A DNA stretch of 64,000 bases from an uncultured Thermoplasmata archaeon. Lineage in GTDB: Archaea; Thermoplasmatota; Thermoplasmata; RBG-16-68-12. Of this stretch, positions 41,097-51,675 are shown one piece after another. Numbering within the stretch: position 1 is the stretch's first letter; every line of letters starts with the position of its first letter. Below the pieces are notes generated by a model that was not told where the DNA came from, ran no database searches, and was given only the letters and a program-made list of their open reading frames with translations. Both the position numbers and the translations under genes were made by a program. The stretch covers positions 37,905 through 101,904 of the forward strand of contig CAVYJM010000015.1 in assembly GCA_963768855.1 (NCBI GenBank). Reading direction: 5' to 3'.

Positions 41097-42962
41097 ATGG
41101 CGCACGGTGCTCAGATGCAGCTGTCTGGTGACTCGGGAAAAGCAACGTGGCGAGCCGTCCCCCGCGATCAAGCGGCTGTGCTCGCCTTGTTATCATTGAT
41201 TGTTGGCCTGGCCATCTACTTTCGGAATGCACAGCTTCTGCTCGCACAACTGTTGGTGGCACTCTTTGCGTTGCTGATTTACCTACTCTTCCTGCGCGCG
41301 AGCGGCCAGGAGATAGCGCTGCCGGGCCTGGCAGTCTCCTTCCGACTGAGTACAAGCCAAAGAGGCAAGTTGCGTGCCCTGGCCGCAGTGCTCGTTTTCT
41401 GGATTCTCGCGTATGTTGGTGTCCTAGGGCCGCTGCACGACCAACTCCTGGTTAGGCTACTGGTGCTCGTGCCAATTGGGCTCGTTGTAATCAACATACT
41501 AACAGCCGGTCCCGCCGAAGCCGACTCGGTGTGGTGGAACACGCAGGTGCTCGGTGTGACCCTCGCGGCGGCAATTGCTGTCCGAGCATCGAGTTACTTC
41601 GGAACTCCGGGTGTGGCCGGACTCGATCCGTGGTTCCACTTTGCCGTGATCCAGCAAATCCTGACATCGGGATCCATCCCCGCTACCATTTATTCAGATT
41701 TCCCGTCCTTTCACATCGCAGGATCAATGGTGGCTGTCGTGGCCGGCGTGGACGCGAGACTCGCCATGTTCATCATTGGTTCGCTTCTCGAGAGTGGGAC
41801 CCTGGTCTTTGGATACCTCTTGTTCACTCTCTTCGCCGACAGGAAGACTTCCTTGCTGGCAGCCGTCCTCGTCGGGTTCGCCGTGTCGAATCTGCACTGG
41901 GGCTTCTATCCGATAACGATGTCGTTGGCAGTGCCACTGTTCATCGGCGCCGTTTGGACCTTCCTCGCTCTCACAACGAAAGCGAAACCCAAAGTCGGGT
42001 TCCTGGTGGCGTTTCTCTTGTTCTCTTGGGGGGTCATCCTGACCCATCCCCCGGCGTCCCTGATCCTCATGGCAGTGCTGACTGGTTGCTGGGTACTACT
42101 TCATGCGGGAACCAGAGTCGTAAGGAGTCCTCCCAGTTTGTCGGGTATCGCTCTGGCCTGGATCTTCCTCCTAGGCTACTGGCTTTACGTTTCCGGCAGT
42201 TTCACAGTGTTTGTTGGATACATTCGTGGCAGCCTGGCTTTCGACAACCCTTTGAATCCCGAGGTCGCTGTGACTGGAAGTAGCACCCTTCTCTCGACGC
42301 TGTGGACTCACCTCTCATCCTATCTGCTGGAGTTGCTCGCTATCCCGGGAATTCTGTTGGGGATACAGAAGAAGACCTATCGGATGTACGGTGTTCTCGG
42401 GATCATTGGAATCAGCCTGACGGCATATTCGTTCATTCTCACAAGTGGGGCAGCATCAGTTGCAGGCTACTCTGACCGTCTGCAAGTGTTTGCGGAAGTT
42501 CTGGTTGCGCCGGCCATGGTGCTCGGACTATACGTCATCCTTAGACTTGCACGCAGCCGACGCGTAGCCACCACTCTTGCAGTTGCTCTGATAGTTGTCA
42601 CAGTCTTCGCGTCGCTCACAAACTATCAATCGGCCGCGACACCAATACTCCTCAACACCGGTCACCCAGCCATTGGACTCACCGAGACGGAATTGTCTTC
42701 ACTCAACGAGATCAGAGGTCTCTCCAATGGCCTTGTCTTGTCAGACCCGTTCTCCATATCCTACCTTCGCTGGGCCTTGAACAGCCCAACACTTCTGCTA
42801 AGCAACCTTACTAATGCAAAGCCGAGTCAGGTCGCAGTATTCCGCATCTCGGCACTGAACGACCTCTCCCTGCAACCGACTTATGCGAATTTCGACTCAT
42901 CGATCCAAGCGACACGTTTCTATGACTCGGGGTCAACCGTTGGGTTTGAAGTGACCGCATGA
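41097..42962 (+). CDS. Polytopic membrane protein, GT-C-fold glycosyltransferase/polymerase-like
   Basis: About 13 hydrophobic segments, luminal GLDPWFH...YSDFPSFH loop and soluble C-terminal domain; sits inside a GT operon. Confidence 0.6.
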   Translation: MAHGAQMQLSGDSGKATWRAVPRDQAAVLALLSLIVGLAIYFRNAQLLLAQLLVALFALLIYLLFLRASGQEIALPGLAVSFRLSTSQRGKLRALAAVLVFWILAYVGVLGPLHDQLLVRLLVLVPIGLVVINILTAGPAEADSVWWNTQVLGVTLAAAIAVRASSYFGTPGVAGLDPWFHFAVIQQILTSGSIPATIYSDFPSFHIAGSMVAVVAGVDARLAMFIIGSLLESGTLVFGYLLFTLFADRKTSLLAAVLVGFAVSNLHWGFYPITMSLAVPLFIGAVWTFLALTTKAKPKVGFLVAFLLFSWGVILTHPPASLILMAVLTGCWVLLHAGTRVVRSPPSLSGIALAWIFLLGYWLYVSGSFTVFVGYIRGSLAFDNPLNPEVAVTGSSTLLSTLWTHLSSYLLELLAIPGILLGIQKKTYRMYGVLGIIGISLTAYSFILTSGAASVAGYSDRLQVFAEVLVAPAMVLGLYVILRLARSRRVATTLAVALIVVTVFASLTNYQSAATPILLNTGHPAIGLTETELSSLNEIRGLSNGLVLSDPFSISYLRWALNSPTLLLSNLTNAKPSQVAVFRISALNDLSLQPTYANFDSSIQATRFYDSGSTVGFEVTA

Positions 42963-43177
42963 GAGGGTGCCGGATTCGGGACCTACTTTGCGACGATTGC
43001 CTTTGAGGCCTCCGGAGCCTCCAAGAAGTCTGCGAAGGGCTCATCTAGGTCCGGGCGCTTGCCACCCGGTGACGTGCCATCATCGCCGTGGAAGAAGGTT
43101 TCTGGGATAGAGTCGTAGTTCCATGTGGTTTCCGTTGACAATCAAGATGTCCCTTCATCCGGATCGGGAGAGGTCGA

Positions 43178-44333
43178 GTGATCCAACTCAGGCCAAAGAT
43201 GCTCCCCGACATCCGAGACGGAGTCGGTAACGATCTTTCTCCCTTCGTTGGGCGGAGGCGGGGCTGAAAGGGCTATGCTCAACTTGGCAAGGGGCTTTGC
43301 GGACAGGAAACTACGAGTTCATCTGGTTGTGAGCTCAGCGAACGGCCCGTATCTTGACCAGGTTCCTTCCAACGTGCGTTTGGTGGACCTGGGGCATTCG
43401 AACGTATGGAGAAGCTTGCCAGGGCTGCTCCATTTCATCAAGCGTGAGAAACCTGGGACGATAATCTCTGCCCTCGAATACCCGAACATGATTGCCATTT
43501 GGGCAAAACATCTCAGCGGGGTTACTTCTCGTGTTGTAGTCACAGTCCACTCGATCACTTCGATATACGTGAGACAGAGCCTGCATCCCACGATGAGAGT
43601 TGTCCCGAGTCTGATCAAGCGGGCTTATCCGCTGGCTGACCACATCGTCGCCGTTTCCAAAGGAGTGGCTAATGACTTGATTCGAATCACCGGGTTGCCC
43701 GAATCGCGGGTGACAGTCATCCACAACCCCATTGTCACCCCGGAATTGGCTTCCGAAGCGAAGCGCCGTCCAAAACACCGCTGGTTGGAACCCGGCGAGC
43801 CGCCGCTCATACTTACCGCCGGTAGTCTGATAACCAGCAAGAATCACTCTGCACTCATTAGGGCCTTCGCAGAAGTGAGGCACGCCCGGGAATGTCACCT
43901 AATGATACTCGGGGAAGGAACAGAGAGGACGAGGTTGATGGACCTCATACAGAGAATGCACTTGCAGGAGGATGTGGAAATGCCCGGGTTCGAGGTGAAT
44001 CCGTTTCCCTATATCGCCTCCGCCTCGGTGTTTGTCTTGGCCTCGAGGTTGGAAGGGCTACCGAGCGTTCTTGTGGAAGCGTTGGCTTGCGGTACTCCCA
44101 TAGTCAGTACGGACTGTCCAAGTGGACCTTCAGAGATTCTCGACGGAGGGAAGTACGGGCAACTCGTCCCGGTGGACGACACTCATGCCATGGCTCAGGC
44201 CATCCTTACCACCCTGGAGGCTCCGCCTGATCGGAGCGCGTTGAGACGCCGCGCAGCAGACTTCTCGTTGGAACGGGTTACATCTCAGTATCTCGCTCTC
44301 ATTGCCGATCGCAATCCGCCTCCCTGGGGTTAG
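43178..44333 (+). CDS. Glycosyltransferase family 4 (PglJ/WabH-like); probable +1 frameshift near 43205-43220
   Basis: IFLPSLGGGGAER, HNPI, NPFPY, SRLEGLPSVLVEALACGTPIVSTDCPSGPSEIL. The only upstream starts (GTG 43178 with SD, ATG 43199) are one base out of frame. Confidence 0.88.
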
Positions 44334-44535
44334 ATTGCATGGAGCACCTTGCGCGTGTTCGCAAGCCTGCATGGTGCGCAAATTCTGGGTGAAGAAGACG
44401 GTCAGGGCAAGAACATACTAAACCACCTGACTAAGATTACGGGTTCTGAACCAACTAGAGTATTGGGCATCGATGGTCGCGGGTAAATGAGATGAACTCC
44501 CCATCAACACAGCGCTCACGAAACACGCGGTAACA

Positions 44536-44620
44536 AGCGTGAACTGCAGGGTTCAAGTGGACCTAGTCAGCCTGCAGATTGTCTACAACGCGACCGCGTA
44601 TGCTAATGAGACCATCGGAG
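44536..44620 (+). pseudogene. Remnant of a DUF1616 paralog (C-terminal fragment)
   Basis: SVNCRVQVDLVSLQIVYNATAYANETIG aligns with AVNYTLRVDLVGVRIVYNATADTNDTIE of the intact gene at ~10850-10935. Confidence 0.65.
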
Positions 44621-44744
44621 ATGCCCGTCTAGGGAACGCAAAGTGCCAATAGACCTTAGGCCGTTACAGCGGGCGGGATGGTCCGCCATTCAGCCGGACA
44701 ATTCTGAACCCTCAAAACTGGCCTTGCCTCGAGGAGGCATTCCA

Positions 44745-45506
44745 ATGGGATCTCTGGCGAGTACGCAGTATTGGGATTCGATGTGGGAGAGAATCCAACC
44801 TAAGTACAGCACTGACCTTGCATTTCGGGACTTGTTCGACAAGTATCTCACGCGCGGAGGAACCTGCTTCGAAGTCGGATGCTATCCAGGGAGCTTCCTC
44901 GCATATTTGTGCAAGACTTTCGACTATGAGGCTAACGGAATCGACACAACACCTTTCGTCGTCACGCGCCTTCCCAAGTTTCTCAGGTCATGCGGGATCC
45001 AGATCGGGGAACTCGTGCAGGGGGACTTCCGCGAACATCGATTCAATCGGCGCTACGACGTCGTTTGTTCCTTCGGCTTCCTCGAACACTTCACCGACTA
45101 CCCGATGATCATCCGGAAGCACGCCGAAATTGTCAATGACGGAGGGACGCTCATACTTACGTGCCCCAACTTCCGGGGAGCTCAGCACCTGCTGCGAGAC
45201 CTCCTTGATCCCGAGGACCTGCGACGGCATGTGCTGCGGAGCATGGATTTCAAGGCGTGGACGAGCATCCTGAGAGACGCCAGGATGAACATCCTTTTCC
45301 AGGGATACTATCAGACCTTCGGCTTCTGGACGAGCTATCAGAGCGAGGACTCCGCACGAGGTCAGATCGCCCGACTCATGGCAGCCATGTCGACTGGAAT
45401 CAACAGGTATGTCAACATTCCCAACTCAGTGACCTCGCCACTTATGGTTAGCATATCGAGAAGACAAGGAAGCTGGCAGCCGCAGGGCTATCCTACTGCC
45501 AAGTGA
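44745..45506 (+). CDS. Class I SAM-dependent methyltransferase
   Basis: FEVGCYPG (motif I), YDVVCSFGFLEH, GGTLILTCPN; GAGGAGG SD. Confidence 0.88.
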   Translation: MGSLASTQYWDSMWERIQPKYSTDLAFRDLFDKYLTRGGTCFEVGCYPGSFLAYLCKTFDYEANGIDTTPFVVTRLPKFLRSCGIQIGELVQGDFREHRFNRRYDVVCSFGFLEHFTDYPMIIRKHAEIVNDGGTLILTCPNFRGAQHLLRDLLDPEDLRRHVLRSMDFKAWTSILRDARMNILFQGYYQTFGFWTSYQSEDSARGQIARLMAAMSTGINRYVNIPNSVTSPLMVSISRRQGSWQPQGYPTAK

Positions 45507-45604
45507 ACAGAAGGAGTCGATGGAGGGACGCTGCTGTGATCCAGTACGTGTCGAACTCGAATGGAGCAGCCACGCAACACACGAGTGCGTGCTCCTAGGC
45601 CATG

Positions 45605-45896
45605 TCATACGGAGGGCTCATGAAGCCCTACTGGGTGCTCCGTCGTCAGCTCGACCGTTCGCACCTGTACCTCGGGCCCGAGCTCCTTGAGCAACGGCGA
45701 CGACCCTCGCCGCGTCCTCCGTCCGCACGATGACCACGCCTCGGATCAACCGTACTTGCGGGATCTCGTCCGGGAGCCCCTGCAAGCGGTACACGCACTT
45801 CCCGCCTTAGCCCGACGTCGCTGGCGTGTACGGGCGCTTCACGGGCTCGCTCGCCCGCTCCCGGTCGTACCTCGCAAGGCGGAAGGCGAGGCGCGT
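45605..45896 (-). pseudogene. Cas2/VapD-like ferredoxin-fold mini-gene, copy 1 (near full length, TAA plus a frameshift)
   Basis: TRLAFRLARYDRERASEPVKRPY..SG*GGKCVYRLQGLPDEIPQVRLIRGVVIVRTEDAARVVA/LLKELGPEVQVRTVEL; homologous to 48263-48490 and 53553-53657. Confidence 0.7.
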
Positions 45897-46756
45897 CAGT
45901 GAACCTTGGCGTCGCTTTGGCTCATGACTTCCTGAAGAACATGTCTGTACTCGGCGCGACCAGAGGCCATGGCCAGGGTGGCCTTCAGCCATCCTGCGAC
46001 GTCCCCAACGTCGTACCGCACGCCGCGGTACACCACCCCGTGCACGTTCCCAGAGGATATCATGCTCTTGATCGCGTCCGTGAGCTGGATTTCCCCGTTC
46101 TTCCCGGGCTCAGTGGACCTGAGCACCTCGAATATCTCAGGCGACAGAACGTAGCGACCGATTGCTGCGAGACTCGAACGCACCTCTTCGGGTCTAGGCT
46201 TCTCGACAAAATCCGTCAGGCGCAAGACCCCGGGTTCAATCTCCTTCCCGACCGCCATCCCGTAGCGGCCGATGTCCTCCGGAGGAACCTCCTGAAGCCC
46301 GACGACGACCCCACCGACGTGACGATAGGCGTCCAGCACGACCTGGGTACAGGGGGGATTCATCGTCAAATCGTCGCCGAGGAGTACCGCGAAGGGCTCT
46401 CGCCCGACGAACCCCTCGGCACAGGCGATCGCATCGCCCAGTCCGTGCGGACCCTGTTGCCGGGTGTAGTGGATTCTCACCTTCCGCATCAGCTCGTGGA
46501 GGTCGCTCATGGCCGGACTCTGCTCCTCAGGAACCAGAGAATTCTCGCGACTGCCATTCATATCGAAGTGGTCCTCCACGGCGCGCTTCGTGCGCGCGGT
46601 GATGATCAGGATGTCCCGAATCCCGCTCGCAGCCGCCTCCTCCACCACATACTGGAGGGCCGGTTTGTCCAGGACCGGGATCATTTCCTTGGGCTGACTC
46701 TTCGTGTACGGCAAAAACCGAACCCCCAACCCGGCAGCGGGGATCACGGCCTTCAT
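45896..46756 (-). CDS. galU: UTP--glucose-1-phosphate uridylyltransferase
   Basis: MKAVIPAAGLG.RFLPYTKSQPKEMIPV, GLGDAI, LLGDD, VEKP, GEIQLTDAI, YDVG. Confidence 0.95.
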   Translation of the reverse strand: MKAVIPAAGLGVRFLPYTKSQPKEMIPVLDKPALQYVVEEAAASGIRDILIITARTKRAVEDHFDMNGSRENSLVPEEQSPAMSDLHELMRKVRIHYTRQQGPHGLGDAIACAEGFVGREPFAVLLGDDLTMNPPCTQVVLDAYRHVGGVVVGLQEVPPEDIGRYGMAVGKEIEPGVLRLTDFVEKPRPEEVRSSLAAIGRYVLSPEIFEVLRSTEPGKNGEIQLTDAIKSMISSGNVHGVVYRGVRYDVGDVAGWLKATLAMASGRAEYRHVLQEVMSQSDAKVH

Positions 46757-46832
46757 TACCAGGAGGGAATGAAGCTGAGGAAATAAAGGCATCCGTCTGA
46801 TTGTGCAAAGCGAGAGAATCCTTTTGCCGGCA

Positions 46833-48139
46833 CTATCCCCCGAGAACCCGCAGCTGAACCTGCCGGAGTCGCTCGCGATCCAAAATGCGCCGACCGTCCA
46901 CCACAGCACCTCCATGCATCCGGTCGAAGTCCTTGGAGGTCAAGGAGTGCCATTCGGGCCAGTCATTGTGCACCACACACACGTCGGCCCCAGCCAAGGC
47001 GCTCTTCACATCCGGCGCGATCTCCACCTTGGGCACCGCCGCGTGGAACGCCTCATTCGCCACTGGATCGTAGCCTACTACCTTCGCGCCCTTCCTCAGC
47101 AACGCCTTCGCGAGCGGGATCGCCCGAGACTCCCGAACGTCGTCACTCCCGCCCTTGAAGGAAAGGCCCAGGATCGCCACCCGTTTCCCCTTCAACGATC
47201 CCACCGCGGCCTCCGCCATGGCCACGGCCTGCAGTGGCTGGCGGTCGTTGACTTCGAGCACGCTCTTCAGCAGCCTAGCTTCGTATCCTTTCGTCCGTCC
47301 CGCGGCCAAGATCGCCCTCACGTCCTTAGGGAAGCAGGATCCGCCGAATCCGAGGCCTGCCTTCAAGAACCGCGGGTTGATCCTCGGGTCTAGCCCCATT
47401 CCCTCCACGACCTTGTCCACATCCAACCCGCCGATCGCGTCGCACAGGTTCGCGAGCTCGTTCGCGAAGGACACCTTCGTCGCGAGGAACGCATTCGTGG
47501 CGTACTTGACCATCTCTGCGGTCCGCAAATCCGTCAGCAGCCGCGGCGCCTCGACGCGGGCGTAGACGGCCGTCAGAGCGTCCCGCGACCGCTCGTCGAG
47601 CGACCCGATCACGATCCGGTCCGGATGGAGGGCGTCCTCCACCGCGGACCCCTCCCGCAGGAACTCAGGGTTCATCGCGAGCCCGAAGTCTCGTCCGGCC
47701 TTCTTTCCCGACGCCTTCTCGAGGGCGGCGCGCACGACCTTCTCCGTCGTGCCGGGGATGACAGTCGACTTTACGGCGACGACTTTGTAGGAACCCTCAG
47801 CGGAGCGCAGCCCTTCCCCACGCTCACGGGCTGCCTTCCGCACGTACGAAGTATCGATGGAGCCGTCCTCTCGCGACGGCGTGCCGACGCACAGGAAGAC
47901 GACCTCCGCCTCCGTCACCGCACCCTCGACCTCGGTGGTGAAGGAGAGGCGCCTCGTCTTGCGCGCCTTCGCCAAGGCCGCGTCCAGACCAGGCTCGAAG
48001 AAGGTTGGCCTCCCATCGCCGAGGCGTTCGACGACTTGGCGTCCACATCGGTTCCGACGACCTCGTGGCCCCGGAGGGTGAAGGCGACCGCGTAGACGAG
48101 GCCGACGTGGCCCGTCCCGACGATGGCGAGTCGCGTCAT
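46833..48139 (-). CDS. ugd: UDP-glucose 6-dehydrogenase; -1 frameshift near 48035
   Basis: IVGTGHVG, FFEPGL, CVGTP, VKSTV.PGT, NPEFLREG, GFGGSCFPKD, FKGGSDDVRES. One missing G (AAG|TCGTC) joins the two ORFs. Confidence 0.9.
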
Positions 48140-48262
48140 ACTCGGTCCGCCGGATGACCCACGCAGGCTTAAGGGCCTTCGGGCGCAGCCTCAGATGCTC
48201 CTCCGGGTGGACTGCCGGGGCTTACAGGTTGGGTGCCAGGGAGGCCTCGCCCGAAGCGGGTG

Positions 48263-48490
48263 TCACGCTCCAAGGCGTCTCGGTCCCCCTTCGTCCAGGT
48301 CGACACTCCTGACGTGCACCTCCGCCCCCACACTCCTCGAGCAGACGCACTATCGCGTCCCTACGTCCTTCGTCCGCACGATGACCACGCCGCGGATCAG
48401 CCGCACGTGCGCGATCTCGTCCAGGAGCCCCTTCGCTGAGGTACGCGCACTTCCCGCCGTGGACCTGACGCTGCGTGCCCGTACAGGTGG
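48263..48490 (-). pseudogene. Cas2/VapD-like mini-gene, copy 2 (3' two-thirds, frameshifted)
   Basis: LYG..VHGGKCAY/KGLLDEIAHVRLIRGVVIVRTKD/DAIVRLLEECG/AEVHVRSVDL. Positions 48371-48431 match 45720-45780 with 6 mismatches in 61 nt. Confidence 0.75.
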
Positions 48491-48544
48491 GCCCAGAAGG
48501 ATGTGAGCGTGTCAATCATGTCCTGGGCGAGGCCCCGAAGAATC

Positions 48545-48960
48545 CTACGTTCGCCTTCGAACGACGGGCTTTCCCCGAAGCTCCTTGCGGAGCAGAGCGG
48601 AAGCGTTCCGCACTGTGTTTTGAATCGGGAACCTCGCGAGAAGCAGTGCCCATGTCGCCTGACGCACGCTTGCCGGCACTTCCTTCGTCCACACCGAGAT
48701 CCGCGGTCCCTCGGGCGCGGAGGGTGCTCCTTCCGAGGCAGTCAGGCCTAACGTCGTCGAGTCTCGCAAGAACACCTTCGAACCCTTCCCGGGACTCGGG
48801 AGCCACGGGCCCGAAAATGCCACACGCGTTCACGTACCTCTTGTACACTTCCTCAGTTGGGACTGACTTCAACTGTGCCTTTTCTGGAAATACGCAATTG
48901 TGTCCAGAGCGAGGAGTTCCTGGTTCGTTAGGTTCGACAGCGCGTTCGCGTTCTCGGATC
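48545..48960 (-). pseudogene. Frameshifted Cdc6-C-type winged-helix domain
   Basis: NLTNQELLALDTI/KSVPTEEVYKRYVNACGIFG..SREGFEGVLARLDDV/GL matches the Cdc6 wH pattern (TGEVY..Y...C, R.F...L..L...GL). Confidence 0.55.
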
Positions 48961-49097
48961 CGACCGAGACGGGGGGCTCCGACCGTTTCGGATCTAACGT
49001 CGCTGGTGGAGGAGGTGTTGGAGTTCCAGCGTCGCCCACGGTCCCAGCGGGGCTGGTGGCCTCCGCCTGGATCGGAAACGGCGTCGGGACCAGGGAA

Positions 49098-50427
49098 TCA
49101 CCTACCTTCGTGACGCCGGACCCGGGCTGCTCGGAGAGCAGGCTTTTCCGGGTGCCTGTGTGGAGAGTGGAGAGCGTAGACCGCGCGGACGAGCTCGAAG
49201 TCCGCTTTGATCCAGACGAGACGCCGTCGCCCGTACCTCCCCGAGGACTGGACCATGCTTTCCACAAGTCCGTGCATCTCCAGGTTGTCGAGGAAATCGA
49301 GGAAACGGCGACGACGTCGGGGCTCCAGGCCCCAGTCGAAGCACTGCAGCCGGTACTTCTGGAAGAGCTCTTCGGTTGGAGACCACCGCACTGAAGCTGC
49401 GGCGGTCCCCGACGATAGGCTCCATCGCGGGTCCCCTCGCTTGAACGTGAGGAGACCGCTCAGGACTTCCAAGACGACGACTTCGTGGTCCGGCAGGGCC
49501 CGGATGACCTCTTCCGTCCTCTCGCCGTCCGCCTCGGTCCGTGCCCACCAAATGTGGTTGACCGAAGACCTTGGGATACTGTCCTCGGTCCGCGAGCTCC
49601 CCGGCGGTCCTCAAGAGGTGGAGCGCCCGGCGAGCGTCTCCGTGTTCCTCGGAGGCGAGCTTCGCGCATTCCGCGAGCACGTCCTCGTGAAGCTGTCCGG
49701 CCGGAAGGCGGCCTCACGCGCCTTGGAGGATGTCGAGCAGGGTCTGCCGGTCGTACGGGGCGAAGAATACGCTGTGGCTTCCCGTGCTCGACTTCACACG
49801 GCTGTCGAGGCGGACTCCAAGCCCAGGAGCCGGTTCGTGATCGTGATCAGGCCGACGACTGGAGGATCCGCGCTGTTGCGGTGCCGGACGAGCCGGTATA
49901 CGAAGTCCGACGGGTTGTACCGGTCCATGTCCGAACGCCGCGTCCACTTCGTCGAGGACCGAGAGCAGGTACGGCCGGTCTCGCGTCGCGGCCCAGAGTT
50001 GCTCGAAGACGCCGTCGAGGCCCGACACCGGGGGCTCGGACGAACCGGTCACGTTCGACAGAATCCGGTTCGCGACCGCGTACAGAGAATGGCACTGCTT
50101 CAGGTTCACGTACACGACGCGAATCTGTGGGAACTCTTGGCCGGCATGAGCGGTCACCTGCTGGACCACCGTCGTCTTGCCCGACCCTGTGGGCCCGTAG
50201 ACTTGGATCAAGGGAGGCAAGTACCCTTGGTCCACGTCCGCCAGATACCGGACAAGCGTCTCGTACTGCTCCGAGCGTCCGATGATCTCTGGTGTGAACA
50301 GGGACGGGTCGAGGAGGGCCTTGTTCGCGAAGACGCTCTGCGCGGCCTTTTCCCGCTGACGGGCGAATAGGTCGGCGATCGGTGAGCAGACGGATTCGGT
50401 TGCGGTTCCTACAATCTCGGTTTCCAT
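49098..50427 (-). pseudogene. cdc6: Orc1/Cdc6 replication initiator, interrupted by about 5 indels (pseudogene or sequencing errors)
   Basis: [68 protein letters not shown], w[17 protein letters not shown]...GRYG. Indels near 49930, 49812, 49720, 49685 and 49565. Confidence 0.85.
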
Positions 50428-50615
50428 GCACACCACTCCTAGAGACACCGATACTTGAGGCCTCGACGGGGTGTGTGAAAGTATTCCGATACGATATATA
50501 TTGCTGAGGTGGATATTCCTATACGATTACCCCAAAAGGGAGGAGGCAACCTTCGGTCATGGCCTTCAGCGGGTCCCATTGAGTGGTCCGAAAGCCCACA
50601 GCCCTCGCAAAGAAA

Positions 50616-50629
50616 GTTCCACTTGCAGC
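50616..50629 (+). promoter_or_regulatory. Possible degenerate mini-ORB (origin recognition box) upstream of cdc6
   Basis: GTTCCACTTGCAGC resembles the GTTCCA(C/G)T(T/G)GAAAC ORB core and lies near the AT-rich tract 50470-50530. Only one copy is seen and there is no G-string. Confidence 0.25.
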
Positions 50630-50709
50630 ACGACACACGAAACGGAACCGGCGAGACGCTGTTCGGTCGGAATCTCGGCCTGCGAAAGGTTCAGTTCCGC
50701 CTCTTCAAG

Positions 50710-50875
50710 GACGGCGACCGCACATCGGCGAACCGCCGGCATGGCGAAAGTGACGGCCTCGGCACGATCCGCGTCGTCTTCCGCGACGCCTGCCGCGCGC
50801 TCGCGGTCGACGCGTGGGACGGGCGACGCAGACGGCGGGGCTAGGGCAACACGCACCTCGACCCGAAGACGCTCG
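50710..50875 (+). repeat. Zn-ribbon mini-gene repeat, copy A (decayed)
   Basis: GLGTIRVVFRDACRALAVDAWDGRRRRRG*GNTHLDPKTL; core GCGACGCCTGCCG at 50783-50795; TGG to TAG at 50842. Confidence 0.8.
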
Positions 50876-50943
50876 GTCCGATGCTAGCCACGAGCCGTCC
50901 TACTCGGTTCCTCGACAGCCTGCGTCGCGCACTCCTGTGGGAA

Positions 50944-51675
50944 TCACTCGCGCGGCAGGCTGCCGGTCCGGGACAGCGCCGCCCGGAGTTCGAGGACCAA
51001 CCCCCGGGTCCGGTCGGCGAGCCGCCGGAACGCGCGCGGGTCGAGCGCGTGCACGCCCTTCAGGGAGTCCTCGTAGTCCCGTCGCCCGAGCGCGGTCGAG
51101 AGGGCGTCCAGATGCTCTTCCAGGACGTCCCGCCGCACCCCCCGGAGGAAGGCGGCGACGGCCTCCGCGTCCACTCCGGCCCCGGCGAGGACCGCAAGGT
51201 CCCGCAGATCCACGAGGCGGGCCGACTCAAGCTTGAGGGCGACGAGGACCTCGGCGGACGCGACGAGGGGGCGCGCCTCGGACGCGGGGTCCAGACCCCG
51301 CACGGTGCGACGGCGAGCCCAGCGCCGGATCGCCGCGTACGGGTGGGAGGCGCCGGATACGCGGTCCGAGATCCCGTCCACGAGCAGGTCCACGGAAAGG
51401 GGAAGGGCCTCCTTCCCGCGGGACCAGCGCTCCGCGCGGCCCGCGAAGGCGGCTCCTCCGGCCCAGTACCGCATCCGGGCGAGCCCCGCCTCCCGCAAGA
51501 TCGCCTGGAGGCCGGGGACCTCCTTCTCCGGGGTCACGAGGTCCAGATCCAAGGAGAACCGGGGCGGGCCGTAGGCGCTCACCGCGTAGCCGCCGACGAG
51601 GACGGCCTCACGACCCGCCAGCGCGCGGAGGAGGGCAAAGGAGGCGCGCTCCCGCTCGAGATCCCGAGGTTTCAT
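50944..51675 (-). CDS. Nucleotidyltransferase toxin (AbiEii/DUF6036-like)
   Basis: VLVGGYAV..RFSLDLDLV, VDLL, LVALKLESAR.VDLRD; ATGA overlap with the upstream gene. Confidence 0.8.
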   Translation of the reverse strand: MKPRDLERERASFALLRALAGREAVLVGGYAVSAYGPPRFSLDLDLVTPEKEVPGLQAILREAGLARMRYWAGGAAFAGRAERWSRGKEALPLSVDLLVDGISDRVSGASHPYAAIRRWARRRTVRGLDPASEARPLVASAEVLVALKLESARLVDLRDLAVLAGAGVDAEAVAAFLRGVRRDVLEEHLDALSTALGRRDYEDSLKGVHALDPRAFRRLADRTRGLVLELRAALSRTGSLPRE

